A DNA stretch of 42,965 nucleotides from a virus (lineage: Duplodnaviria; Heunggongvirae; Uroviricota; Caudoviricetes), in the IMG/VR virus record IMGVR_UViG_2687453530_000006, positions 1 to 42,965 of that record; one strand, given 5' to 3'. This document shows positions 25,632 through 33,905 of this stretch, piece by piece (positions within the stretch are counted from its first letter, which is position 1; each line of letters begins with the position of its first letter). The notes beneath the pieces were generated by a model. It was given only the letters and a program-made list of their open reading frames with translations. It did not search any database and was not told the origin of the DNA. Position numbers and translations under genes: made by a program.

Positions 25632-25846
25632 TATCCACCTCTCGCAGCCTTGCGCTTATCTTCTTTAATCTTGAAATAAAGGTTTGTCAGGTACGTCAGC
25701 AGGCCAAAGACCAGGCTACCCAGCACACCTATTGCTGCCCACTGTGAGGGCGTGACTTTATCGAGCAGCTGTAAAAACCAGTAACCGGCACTACCTGCTG
25801 AGGTGCCATAGGCGACACCCGTTGTTAACTTATCCATGGATTTCAT
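25631..25846 (-). CDS. S: Pinholin (phage 21 S-type) with dual-start motif
   Basis: Start placed at MKSMDKL (71 aa) with a second Met three codons later; two transmembrane segments; the ORF extends upstream to 25912. Confidence 0.8.
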
Positions 25847-25913
25847 AACCCCACCTCGCAGATGCGGGTGCTGTGTAATGGAAATAAAAAGGCCACCTGA
25901 CGTGGCCACCAAA

Positions 25914-26966
25914 TTATTTCCCCACCAGCTCGTTTATCTCTTTCACTGTCTGGTTAAACCGCTCTGACTCAAGCTCAACACCTAAGGCCCGACGCCCCAG
26001 CGCCATTGCTGCTTTTATTGTGGAACCGGATCCCATAAAAAAATCAGCAACCAGATCACCAGGTCGACTACTGGCATTGATTATTTGCCTGAGCATATCC
26101 GCCGGTTTCTCACACGGATGTTTACCCGGGTAGAACTGAACGGGTTTATGCATCCAGACATCGGTATAAGGCACGGAGACTGATACGGAGAAATAGCGCC
26201 GGAGAGATTTAAACTCATCCAGCAATTCAGAATATTTGCGATTCAGTGAATCATAAGATGCCACCAGCTGGTGGTGTGGTTGTTCCAGTTGTTGTTCCTG
26301 AAACTTCTCTGCCGCTATACGGGAAAACAGTGCCTGTAACTTCCGATAGTCAGCCTCATTCGGCAACTGCCACTGACTGGCACCAAACCAGTGGGAAACC
26401 ATATTTTTCTTACCTGTGGCTTCAGCAATTTGTTTTGCCGTTATACCCAGTTCGGCACGAGCATCCCTGAAATACGATATCAGCGGTGCCATTATGTGCT
26501 GTTTGAGTTCCCTTTCTTTTGCCGCATAGCCGTCACTTTTGCCGCGATATGGCCCCTGGTAATGTTCAGCAAACAGAACGCGCTCTGTGGCAGGAAAATA
26601 TGCGCGCAGACTTTCTTTATTACACCCATTCCAACGTCCGGACGGCTTCGCCCAGATGATATGGTTAAGCACGTTGAAACGTTCACGCATCATGATCTCA
26701 ATATCAGATGCCAGGCGATGCCCACAGAACAGGTAAAGGCTTCCGGCAGGTTTTAACACCCGCCAGAACTGGGCCAGACAGTGGTCCAGCCACTTAAGGT
26801 AATCTTCGTCCCCTTTCCACTGATTGTCCCAGCCGTTGGGTTTCACCTTGAAGTACGGCGGATCGGTAACAATCAGGTCAATGGAATCATCAGGCAGGGA
26901 CTGAATAAAATGCAGGCAATCAGCGTTGATTAAATCAACACTGTTTATTTTTACAGTATTTTTCAT
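25914..26966 (-). CDS. DNA methyltransferase (beta-class N6-adenine or N4-cytosine; DPPY motif)
   Basis: 350-aa ORF with [10 protein letters not shown] (motif IV) near the N-terminus and FFMGSGST (motif I, SAM binding) near the C-terminus. Confidence 0.8.
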
Positions 26967-27116
26967 GGATCAGTAAGCGTAACTCTGGTAGGCTCACTCT
27001 GCTTTTGCGCTAAAGCAGTGGGCCGTGGTTCGCTTGTGACCAGTAGGCATGAGCGAATGGCTGGCAGGTGCTACCAACACCCACCAGCCGCCCATTTTCA
27101 CAGCAGGAAACCGCCA

Positions 27117-27320
27117 TTACTGGCAGCGTCTGAATTTATTCCCGTACCCGCCGTTATCCTTCGCCAGACCCGCCAGAACTAACTGAGTCAGTATTAACTG
27201 GCACCGGGCTTCGCTTACTCCGGTAGTTCTCGTCATCATGCGTGGCGTTACCCACTTGTCAGCAGGTAAGAAATGAAGGACTGCGGCGGCGGTTTCTGTC
27301 ATATCTTGCTGTTTTAGCAT
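27117..27320 (-). CDS. Hypothetical small protein (67 aa from the internal Met)
   Basis: ORF 27117-27404; start placed at MLKQQDMTETAAAVLHF, preceded by AAGGGA; first ORF of the late region upstream of the methyltransferase. Confidence 0.4.
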   Translation of the reverse strand: MLKQQDMTETAAAVLHFLPADKWVTPRMMTRTTGVSEARCQLILTQLVLAGLAKDNGGYGNKFRRCQ

Positions 27321-27445
27321 GTTTTTTCCCTTCTGGTTAACATGACATACCAATAACTCTTGTCTAAAAAGCCAGCAAGATAAAAAGCCAGTATTCACGA
27401 CCACCAGCGTGTTTACTGTACTGCACCAGGTTTACAGGTACAAAA

Positions 27446-27472
27446 AAACCGCTCAGCGGCGGGTTTAAGTTG
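27446..27472 (-). terminator. Possible tR'-like intrinsic terminator at the head of the late operon
   Basis: On the minus strand, short GC stem (ccgc-tga-gcgg) followed by 7 T; the stem is only about 4 bp, so this is weak. Confidence 0.3.
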
Positions 27473-27588
27473 TGTGGCGAAGTAACCACTCTTAACAGAT
27501 TACAATGTTTTTTGCGGACCGCGCTAATGATTTCCTCTTTTTTTTGTTGTATTTTTCACACGGTTGCTAAAATTATTTCGGATCGATA

Positions 27589-28530
27589 ATGAGTACAGAA
27601 AATAAGAATAAAACTAGGCGAGTGAGAGTTGGTTTTTTCACTGGTAATGGAAGCAAAAAAGATGGCACATCTGCTGCAAAACTAGCCTTTGAGCAAATGA
27701 CCACAGCAGATACTGTAACTTTTCCAATAACTTACACAACAGACACCCCAAATCGAGGGTTAAAGTTAGTTATTCTTCAAAAAGATACCACACTGCAATG
27801 TTACTTTGGTTACGTATCGTGGAGAAGGGAATGCCTACTACCGTTCATCGAGGATGCTACAGGTAGTGAGAGAACAATTCCTTTAAATGATAAAGATTCT
27901 GTAGTTGAAAGAACATATTTTATCTATTACTACGAAACGGATTTATTAGCTATGACCCTCAACCATATAGGGCCCAAAGTAAATGATCTGGCATTCATTT
28001 TGTATAACAAAACTGATTTAAAAAGCGTGACTTTTGAAGCCATTTGGAAACAAGAGAGCATGAAGGAACTGCTTGAGGACGGAAATATCCTACGTAGTTT
28101 CGATCTTATAGTTGCTGCTCCAAGAAACTTTAACAAAGCTAATTATAAGATTAAAAACCCTTTAGCTAATGAAATTATTGACATGGTTGTTGGTATGGGC
28201 GGGTCGCATCTAAGATTAAATATGCGAGGTCGGATTCGCCCGAAAAAACAAGGTTTTAACTATCTAAAAACTTCTGTCACCGATGCTATTAAGGAACTAC
28301 TTGAACTTTTTCCAAAAGGTTCTGGAGGTCTAAAAATTAAAAAAATTGATGTAACCGAGCCATCCAATAGAACGCCCAAAAGTCTACTTGACCAAGTATT
28401 GGTCAGTACAAAGACAATCATTGTCAAAAGCGGTTATCCATCCGATTCTGATATCAGAACGGCGATGATATCTGCTAAAATTGATAACGCGAACTATCTT
28501 GCACAGTATGAGCTCGCTAGCAGAGACTAA
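27589..28530 (+). CDS. Hypothetical soluble protein, candidate RexA-like sensor of a two-gene module
   Basis: 313-aa ORF in an AT-rich block, opposite in orientation to surrounding late genes; basic N-terminus; the stretch HIGPKVNDLAFILYNK resembles a lambda RexA segment as recalled (unverified). Confidence 0.45.
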   Translation: MSTENKNKTRRVRVGFFTGNGSKKDGTSAAKLAFEQMTTADTVTFPITYTTDTPNRGLKLVILQKDTTLQCYFGYVSWRRECLLPFIEDATGSERTIPLNDKDSVVERTYFIYYYETDLLAMTLNHIGPKVNDLAFILYNKTDLKSVTFEAIWKQESMKELLEDGNILRSFDLIVAAPRNFNKANYKIKNPLANEIIDMVVGMGGSHLRLNMRGRIRPKKQGFNYLKTSVTDAIKELLELFPKGSGGLKIKKIDVTEPSNRTPKSLLDQVLVSTKTIIVKSGYPSDSDIRTAMISAKIDNANYLAQYELASRD

Positions 28531-28539
28531 TAACCAAGC

Positions 28540-29001
28540 ATGGAGGACACAATGAGAGAATTAGCCACTTTTCTCTGGAAATGCGTCCTCTGGATTCTGT
28601 TGACCTATGCAGCGACAAAACTGTTTAAACCGATGAAGCATGCTGACGTACTCACAACAGCGGGGGTGCTCTCGACTATATCAGGCATCCTGTTTGGTTT
28701 TGTTCTGGCTGCAATATCTATATTTAGTAGTGCAAACAGCGATAAGGAAGGAGCAATTAATGCCCTTAAGCAAAACAACGTGTTACCAACTCTGGTAAAT
28801 CGATTACTTTCAACAGGGTTAACTCTCATCGTCGCATGTATATTTCCATTGATAGCGATGTTTCTACCAGATGATGTTATTGTTGCGGGCAAACCTATTG
28901 ATTTCCTATTCATACTGTTAGGCTTATCCTCCCTTATAATTTCGCTATATACCTTCGGAAGGTGTTGGTTAGTGTTACGAAAAATCTTCCCCCACTTGTG
29001 A
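28540..29001 (+). CDS. Small four-helix membrane protein, candidate RexB-like effector
   Basis: 153-aa ORF 10 bp downstream of the 313-aa gene; four hydrophobic segments of about 20 residues; alternative start at 28552 after GGAGGA. Confidence 0.45.
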   Translation: MEDTMRELATFLWKCVLWILLTYAATKLFKPMKHADVLTTAGVLSTISGILFGFVLAAISIFSSANSDKEGAINALKQNNVLPTLVNRLLSTGLTLIVACIFPLIAMFLPDDVIVAGKPIDFLFILLGLSSLIISLYTFGRCWLVLRKIFPHL

Positions 29002-29030
29002 CAGGTTGGCCTCATATGGGGCCAACCTGT
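29001..29030. repeat. Perfect 11-bp inverted repeat (hairpin) between convergent genes
   Basis: acaggttggcc - 8 nt - ggccaacctgt, lying between the stop of the membrane-protein gene and the stop of Q. Confidence 0.7.
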
Positions 29031-29036
29031 GCAACC

Positions 29037-29405
29037 CTAAGCGTCCATTTCAAGGTTAACATCCAACATTGAAAGGCAACCATCAATAAATCCTTCGGCT
29101 AGTTGTATTTCTATGCGTACCAATTTTTCATCCTTTCCACGCACCTTTGCAATCTTACGCTTGGATATTCTGTATAAATAATGTGCCACAAGCAGCGAGT
29201 GCTCATCTGGCTTTTTTTGCTTTAGACGAGCAAGACAACCTTCAATAATTAATGCATCACTATCTGAACAAGCCTGACGTGTTTTGCTTGTGTAGGGAAG
29301 AAGCCCCTTAAACCCAGCAGCTATAGGCGAATAGTCTACTCCAGAACTATCACTCGCCGCCCATGCTCCCCAACGCTCCAGAACCATCTGAATATCACGC
29401 ATCAA
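29037..29405 (-). CDS. Q: Late-gene antiterminator Q (QuuD/Q82-like family)
   Basis: 122-aa ORF starting MMRDIQMVLERWGAWAA, resembling E. coli prophage QuuD-type antiterminators as recalled. Confidence 0.75.
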   Translation of the reverse strand: MMRDIQMVLERWGAWAASDSSGVDYSPIAAGFKGLLPYTSKTRQACSDSDALIIEGCLARLKQKKPDEHSLLVAHYLYRISKRKIAKVRGKDEKLVRIEIQLAEGFIDGCLSMLDVNLEMDA

Positions 29406-29419
29406 CTTTCTCCACCAAA

Positions 29420-30415
29420 TCAGGCCAACACACCAATCGCCAGCGCGCGATCGATAAAACGAAATATCAGCTCCAGTTGGGAGCCATACTTCTCTTCAAA
29501 TGCCACGGTATCCGCATGCAGCTCGTCGTGATGCTTTCTGCACAAAGGCAACACAAAGAGGTCATGCACTTTTGTATCCATTCCACCCTGACCGTGACCT
29601 ATCAGGTGGTGGGGATCATCAGCAGGCTTTCCACAACATGCACACGGCTGTGTCTTAACCCAGCGCGTGTACTTTTCATTAACCCAGCGGCGGCGTTTTG
29701 GGCGTAACATAAAAGACTCCGGCGACTCCGGATCCACTTTCAGCGCCAGCACCTTTTTCGCCTTATCCTGGATGATGCTGGTGGCAGGAACCGAAGGCAC
29801 AAGGTCACTTTCCCGGGTGACAGACGGCACAACAGGCTTCGGTAATCTCAGTGCCTTACGGGCTGCACTTTCCGGTAAGGCATCTGCCAGATCATTACGA
29901 ATCAGCCACCAGCACAGTTCCGGCATTGTCACAACGTGACTATCATCAAAACCGAGATCCCGACGCACAACAGACAACACCCAGCGGGCACAGTTATCCG
30001 TTGCCATTGATTCCAGCCGTTCCGTGAACTGATCGCGAAGCTGGTTATCGCAGTGCCAGCACAGACGGATTGCGCCCGGCGCGTGTCGCATTGTGGTCAT
30101 GTTCTCGCTGTGCCAGTCGGAATGAGGCCACTGGCAGCCTTTTTCACGAAGTAACCAGCTTTCAAGACATTCCACCCCACCAGCACGACGAATCACTGCC
30201 TCATTACGGAACACGGCCAGAACGGCAGGATCATCCGCCAGCGGTTGTGATGCCGCAGGAACGGCACCACTGGCGAAAGATGAATAACGCTCCGGCTCAG
30301 GCTCCAGCAGAACACGCCCCTGCATAAACAGGGGCATCAGCTCTGAACCTGGCCTGAACAATACGATCCCCATACGCGGGGCTATTTCAGGGGTCAGTAG
30401 TGCTCTCACGGTCAC
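29420..30415 (-). CDS. DUF968-family protein (YdfU-like) with C-terminal Cys/His HNH-like motif
   Basis: 331-aa ORF; C-terminal CACCGKPADDPHHLIGHG...CRKHHDELH; adjacent to Q as ydfU is to quuQ in the Qin prophage as recalled. Confidence 0.6.
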   Translation of the reverse strand: MTVRALLTPEIAPRMGIVLFRPGSELMPLFMQGRVLLEPEPERYSSFASGAVPAASQPLADDPAVLAVFRNEAVIRRAGGVECLESWLLREKGCQWPHSDWHSENMTTMRHAPGAIRLCWHCDNQLRDQFTERLESMATDNCARWVLSVVRRDLGFDDSHVVTMPELCWWLIRNDLADALPESAARKALRLPKPVVPSVTRESDLVPSVPATSIIQDKAKKVLALKVDPESPESFMLRPKRRRWVNEKYTRWVKTQPCACCGKPADDPHHLIGHGQGGMDTKVHDLFVLPLCRKHHDELHADTVAFEEKYGSQLELIFRFIDRALAIGVLA

Positions 30416-30416
30416 C

Positions 30417-31214
30417 TCAATGAACGGTATCGAGCAGCTTTAACAGCTCAGGGAATCGGGATTCGAAGAAATGCGGCTGCGTCTCGCGCGGATTTGCGGG
30501 ACTGGTGATGTTCTTGCCGAACATGCAGCCTTTCGCCGTCAGCGACCAGAATTTTTTAATGTTGTTAATTGCGGTACGGCTGTATCGTTCGCGTTGTTCA
30601 ACGATCCCCAGCTTCACCATCTGGTGATATGCCTGATTAGCCGTAAGGCGGATACCATACTGTTTCAGCAGTGCACTCAGCGACAGCGTGGGGCGACTTG
30701 AGCCATCAGGCGCGTCAGCAGGAGCATCAATGGCATAGCGCGGTGCCAGATTCGGTAAGCCAACAGCCTCCTGAAGCTTCTGACAGGCTCCAAGCACTGA
30801 TGAGTTAGACAGGTTTAATTCCCTGCGCATAAAGTCCAGCAGGATCACGCCAGCCTGCATCTTGTCAGCAGCCTGCCCGGATATTTTTTCCGGTGTGCTG
30901 GTTACCATATCGAAAGTACGGATCACCTTCAGATGGAATGACGGGCTGATCCACATTGCATAGGCATACACCAGTTCTTTGCAGACATACGTCCCCTGGT
31001 TATTTCCGCCACGAATAACGTTAACTGGCTCTATATTGACCGAGTTGCAAATCTGCAACTCGCTTATTAAACGTTCAGTTTGCTCATTGCGGAGCCAGAA
31101 TGCAGGCTTATGCTTATCCAGAGAACCGGCAGCCCTGTGCAGATCGTTCAGGCTGTAACGCCCATAAGCATCACGACGAACTTCAATACCATCAATGACC
31201 ATCAGATTATTCAT
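30417..31214 (-). CDS. KilA-N domain protein (Roi/antirepressor-like)
   Basis: 265-aa ORF; N-terminal MNNLMVIDGIEVRRDAYGRYSLNDLHRAAG...FWLRNEQT pattern typical of KilA-N/Bro-N DNA-binding domains. Confidence 0.65.
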   Translation of the reverse strand: MNNLMVIDGIEVRRDAYGRYSLNDLHRAAGSLDKHKPAFWLRNEQTERLISELQICNSVNIEPVNVIRGGNNQGTYVCKELVYAYAMWISPSFHLKVIRTFDMVTSTPEKISGQAADKMQAGVILLDFMRRELNLSNSSVLGACQKLQEAVGLPNLAPRYAIDAPADAPDGSSRPTLSLSALLKQYGIRLTANQAYHQMVKLGIVEQRERYSRTAINNIKKFWSLTAKGCMFGKNITSPANPRETQPHFFESRFPELLKLLDTVH

Positions 31215-31233
31215 ACTTCGTTTCTCCTCTTAA

Positions 31234-31623
31234 TCAGGCGGCTGCACCCGCCGTTTTCTCGTACTTACTGATAGTGATCTCGACCTTCCCTCCCGGGATA
31301 ACCGGTCCCCACTCCACCAGCATTCTTTTCACCTGACTGTCGTCTTCCCACACACCCGCGTGGGTCAGGGCGTCAAACAGCGCCTTGTTATAGTTGTCCA
31401 GATCGCGGATCCGGTTATCCGGAGGAAACAACACGATCTCCACTGAAGCAGGTGCCGACGTTGGTTTCGGCAGACGACGTAACTGCTCAACTATTGCTGC
31501 GCACGCCGCGCTCTGGAATTTTCGCCCCGCCGCGCTTATCAGACTCTTACCAGCAAACGCCCCTTTGTTGGGGTGTCGCCAGTACGTGTTCACGCTGGGC
31601 GGGAAAGGCAAGATCAGCTTCAT
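31234..31623 (-). CDS. rusA: Holliday junction resolvase RusA
   Basis: 129-aa ORF with PPSVNTYWRH and RDLDNYNKALFDALTHAGVWEDDSQV motifs characteristic of RusA. Confidence 0.85.
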   Translation of the reverse strand: MKLILPFPPSVNTYWRHPNKGAFAGKSLISAAGRKFQSAACAAIVEQLRRLPKPTSAPASVEIVLFPPDNRIRDLDNYNKALFDALTHAGVWEDDSQVKRMLVEWGPVIPGGKVEITISKYEKTAGAAA

Positions 31624-31946
31624 ACTTTCAGGCCTCTCTCATGTAACCAGTGGGCTGCACGCAGCCTGGCGTTTTCCTCACCGGCAAGCAGTGCGCGGAT
31701 AATCCCGACCGCCTCGCTGTCGTCGTCCTTCACCGCGGTATGAAGCGTTATCCCCCGGGCCACGCCACGCTTTATCGTGATGACGCCTTTTTTCTCCAGT
31801 GCACGAAGATGCTCTACCGCTGCATTCACTGAACGGTATCCCAGCATGGTTGCCACCTCCTGATTGGTTGGCGGGAAGCCACGTTCTTTCTGATAAGAAA
31901 TCAGCATATCCAGCACCTGCTGCTGGCATTGAGTTAACGTCGTCAT
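31620..31946 (-). CDS. LexA N-terminal DNA-binding-domain-only protein
   Basis: 108-aa ORF; LTQCQQQVLDMLISYQKERGFPPTNQEVATMLGYRSVNAAVEHLRALEKKGVI closely parallels the LexA winged-HTH domain as recalled; no S24 peptidase domain. Confidence 0.75.
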   Translation of the reverse strand: MTTLTQCQQQVLDMLISYQKERGFPPTNQEVATMLGYRSVNAAVEHLRALEKKGVITIKRGVARGITLHTAVKDDDSEAVGIIRALLAGEENARLRAAHWLHERGLKV

Positions 31947-32596
31947 GCCGCCATCTCCCTGACCAGTTTTTCTGCCTGCTGGCGAACCTGCGCCAGAAAG
32001 GCCTCACCACATGCCTCAAGTTCATCGCGCCCGATGTAGCTGATTGCCGGTCCCTTCCAGGTCTTGTCGAAAACAGCAATAGCACCAGCGAAGAACGCAC
32101 CTGTCGGCACCTGCTTCTCATCCTTCGGGATAAACCAGGCAGGCAGTTCAAAACCAATACGCCCGCGAATAAAAGCAATATGATCTGCATCTTCCGGCCA
32201 CCACACTTCGCTGGTGGCAGCTTTGATCAGGAAAACATAGCGCCCGCCTTTATCACGCATGGCACTGGCATGCTTCATGATGTAACGCATGCCGGTGATG
32301 TATTGCCCCTCATGCTGACTGGCGCGGCTGTATGGGGGATTACCAAAGGCAGCACCTTTAAGCTCCGCAAGACGTTCTGACCAGTCATGCGCCAGCGCGT
32401 TGTCTTCCGCCGTGTAATACGCGGCACATTTGGCGTTATCACCGTCAGTGAACAGATCCAGAACAAACGGACCAAACAGGGTGTTAATTCCCCAGAAAAT
32501 GTTATCCGGCGTGCGCCACTGATCGCCCACTTCCTTCAGTTCATGGGCTGGTTTATTCCGCAGTTCCACCAGCGCCTGGCAATATTTATTACTCAT
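31943..32596 (-). CDS. Phage Dam-type N6-adenine DNA methyltransferase (NPPY motif)
   Basis: ORF 31943-32629; FGNPPYS motif; start placed at MSNKYCQ, where the ATG overlaps the upstream stop (TAATG); alternative start at 32629. Confidence 0.75.
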   Translation of the reverse strand: MSNKYCQALVELRNKPAHELKEVGDQWRTPDNIFWGINTLFGPFVLDLFTDGDNAKCAAYYTAEDNALAHDWSERLAELKGAAFGNPPYSRASQHEGQYITGMRYIMKHASAMRDKGGRYVFLIKAATSEVWWPEDADHIAFIRGRIGFELPAWFIPKDEKQVPTGAFFAGAIAVFDKTWKGPAISYIGRDELEACGEAFLAQVRQQAEKLVREMAA

Positions 32597-33090
32597 TAAG
32601 CCCCCACGTAATTCCCTGACAGATACCACTCTTCACCCGATGCAGCGCGCTTGCTGCTTTTCCGTAAACACTGCTCACGACGCGCCAGAAAATTGTTTCG
32701 TTCTGGCTGGGAGTGGCTTTCACGGAATGCCGCCATCCACACCGTTGCAGCACGACGGTATAAGCCCCTGGACTCCAGTTCTTCCGCCTGGCGGGTCAGG
32801 CACAAAATCACCCGCGGGTCGTTAGTGCCGACATAGAAATTGCGCACAGGTCTGGTTTCACGAACTGGTTGTGGTTCCGGCTCCTGCGCTCTCTCAGTCA
32901 GGCGTGGGAAATGTCTGCGTGTATCTCCTTCACAACGGTGAGCCACACGCCCACTCTGACGTAACTTGCTTGCTGACTGCAGAACGCGCTGCCGTGAGTA
33001 ACCTGCAAAAGCATCCGCAATGTCTCCGGAAGTACACCCCGGATGGGCTTCAATGAATTTCTGAACTTCATTCAAAAGACTCATGATCAC
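32596..33090 (-). CDS. Hypothetical protein (possibly PerC-like regulator)
   Basis: 164-aa ORF translationally coupled between the replication gene and Dam; contains a YRRAATVWM motif; family assignment uncertain. Confidence 0.4.
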   Translation of the reverse strand: MIMSLLNEVQKFIEAHPGCTSGDIADAFAGYSRQRVLQSASKLRQSGRVAHRCEGDTRRHFPRLTERAQEPEPQPVRETRPVRNFYVGTNDPRVILCLTRQAEELESRGLYRRAATVWMAAFRESHSQPERNNFLARREQCLRKSSKRAASGEEWYLSGNYVGA

Positions 33091-33905
33091 CCCCTGAATC
33101 CTGCCGGGATCTGGCTGTAGTCCACGTTGTCGTAACTGGCTTTGAAGTACGGGTCCTCGCGTCTGGCTGCAGATACCGCAGGAACTTCCCAGGATTCTTC
33201 GAAATGACGATCCGGACCAAAGAACGTGACAGCCTGTTTCACAAATTGTGTGCCGCTGTTACCCATCGCAGATACCCAGCCCGCGTAGCGTTTCACACCT
33301 TCCAGCATGGTTTCGGGGTTTACCCCCTCATTCAAACGGGCTTTCCAGGCTTTGAAGGCTGCAGATTTTGAATTGCCACCAGCACGTTTGGGATATGCCA
33401 GCCATGCCTGCTCAAACTCCGGAGAGTATTCCGGTCGGTTTGAACGAACTCGCACGGACTCATCAACTGATGCACCAACAGCTATTGGTTCATTGACTGG
33501 TTCTTTGACTGGTTCAAAAGAGTGACTGGTTCTGGGTGAATCTCCTGCACTACCCCCTGGTGCAACTCCTGCACTACCTGGTGAATTTGCTGCACCAGAT
33601 AGTGAATTATTTGCACTACCCCCTAGTGAATCTCCTGCACCATCCAGATGAAGGAGATAGATATTACTTGAGTTACCTTTTTCACCTTTCCGGGTGACTT
33701 TTTTTACCAGCCCGGACTCACAAAGGGCCGCAATATGATTCATCACAGAACGTTTGCTAATCTCGCACTGGTCAGCAATATGCTGGTAGCTGGGCCAGCA
33801 CTCACCCTGATCGCTGGCATTATCAGCCAGCTTGATCAGAACCAGTTTTCGCAATGGATTACCCACTCGAATTTTCATCGCTTTAACCATCAGCTCCATA
33901 CTCAT
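33087..33905 (-). CDS. Replication initiator (O-like; N-terminal winged HTH) containing the putative origin
   Basis: 272-aa ORF; N-terminal HTH (LVLIKLADNASDQGECWPSYQHIADQCEISKRSVMNHIAAL); Gly/Ser/Ala linker encoded by direct DNA repeats; first large gene after the cII-like block. Confidence 0.7.
   Translation of the reverse strand: MSMELMVKAMKIRVGNPLRKLVLIKLADNASDQGECWPSYQHIADQCEISKRSVMNHIAALCESGLVKKVTRKGEKGNSSNIYLLHLDGAGDSLGGSANNSLSGAANSPGSAGVAPGGSAGDSPRTSHSFEPVKEPVNEPIAVGASVDESVRVRSNRPEYSPEFEQAWLAYPKRAGGNSKSAAFKAWKARLNEGVNPETMLEGVKRYAGWVSAMGNSGTQFVKQAVTFFGPDRHFEESWEVPAVSAARREDPYFKASYDNVDYSQIPAGFRG
33490..33650. repeat. Iteron array (putative origin) inside the replication initiator gene
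   Basis: Three copies of TGACTGGTTC (33493-33532) followed by about five 22-24-bp direct repeats of the form CTGCAC(T/C)ACC...GGTGAA (33536-33650). Confidence 0.65.

Noticed and set aside
26967-27116. Possible tRNA gene between the methyltransferase and the small ORF, a common site for tRNAs in lambdoid phages
   Set aside because: No cloverleaf-compatible set of inverted repeats, no GTTC-R-A T-loop motif and no CCA-adjacent acceptor pairing found by eye.
27446-27472. Treating the tR'-like hairpin as a confident late terminator that locates pR'
   Set aside because: The stem is only about 4 bp; pR' and qut could not be located unambiguously, so it is reported at low confidence only.
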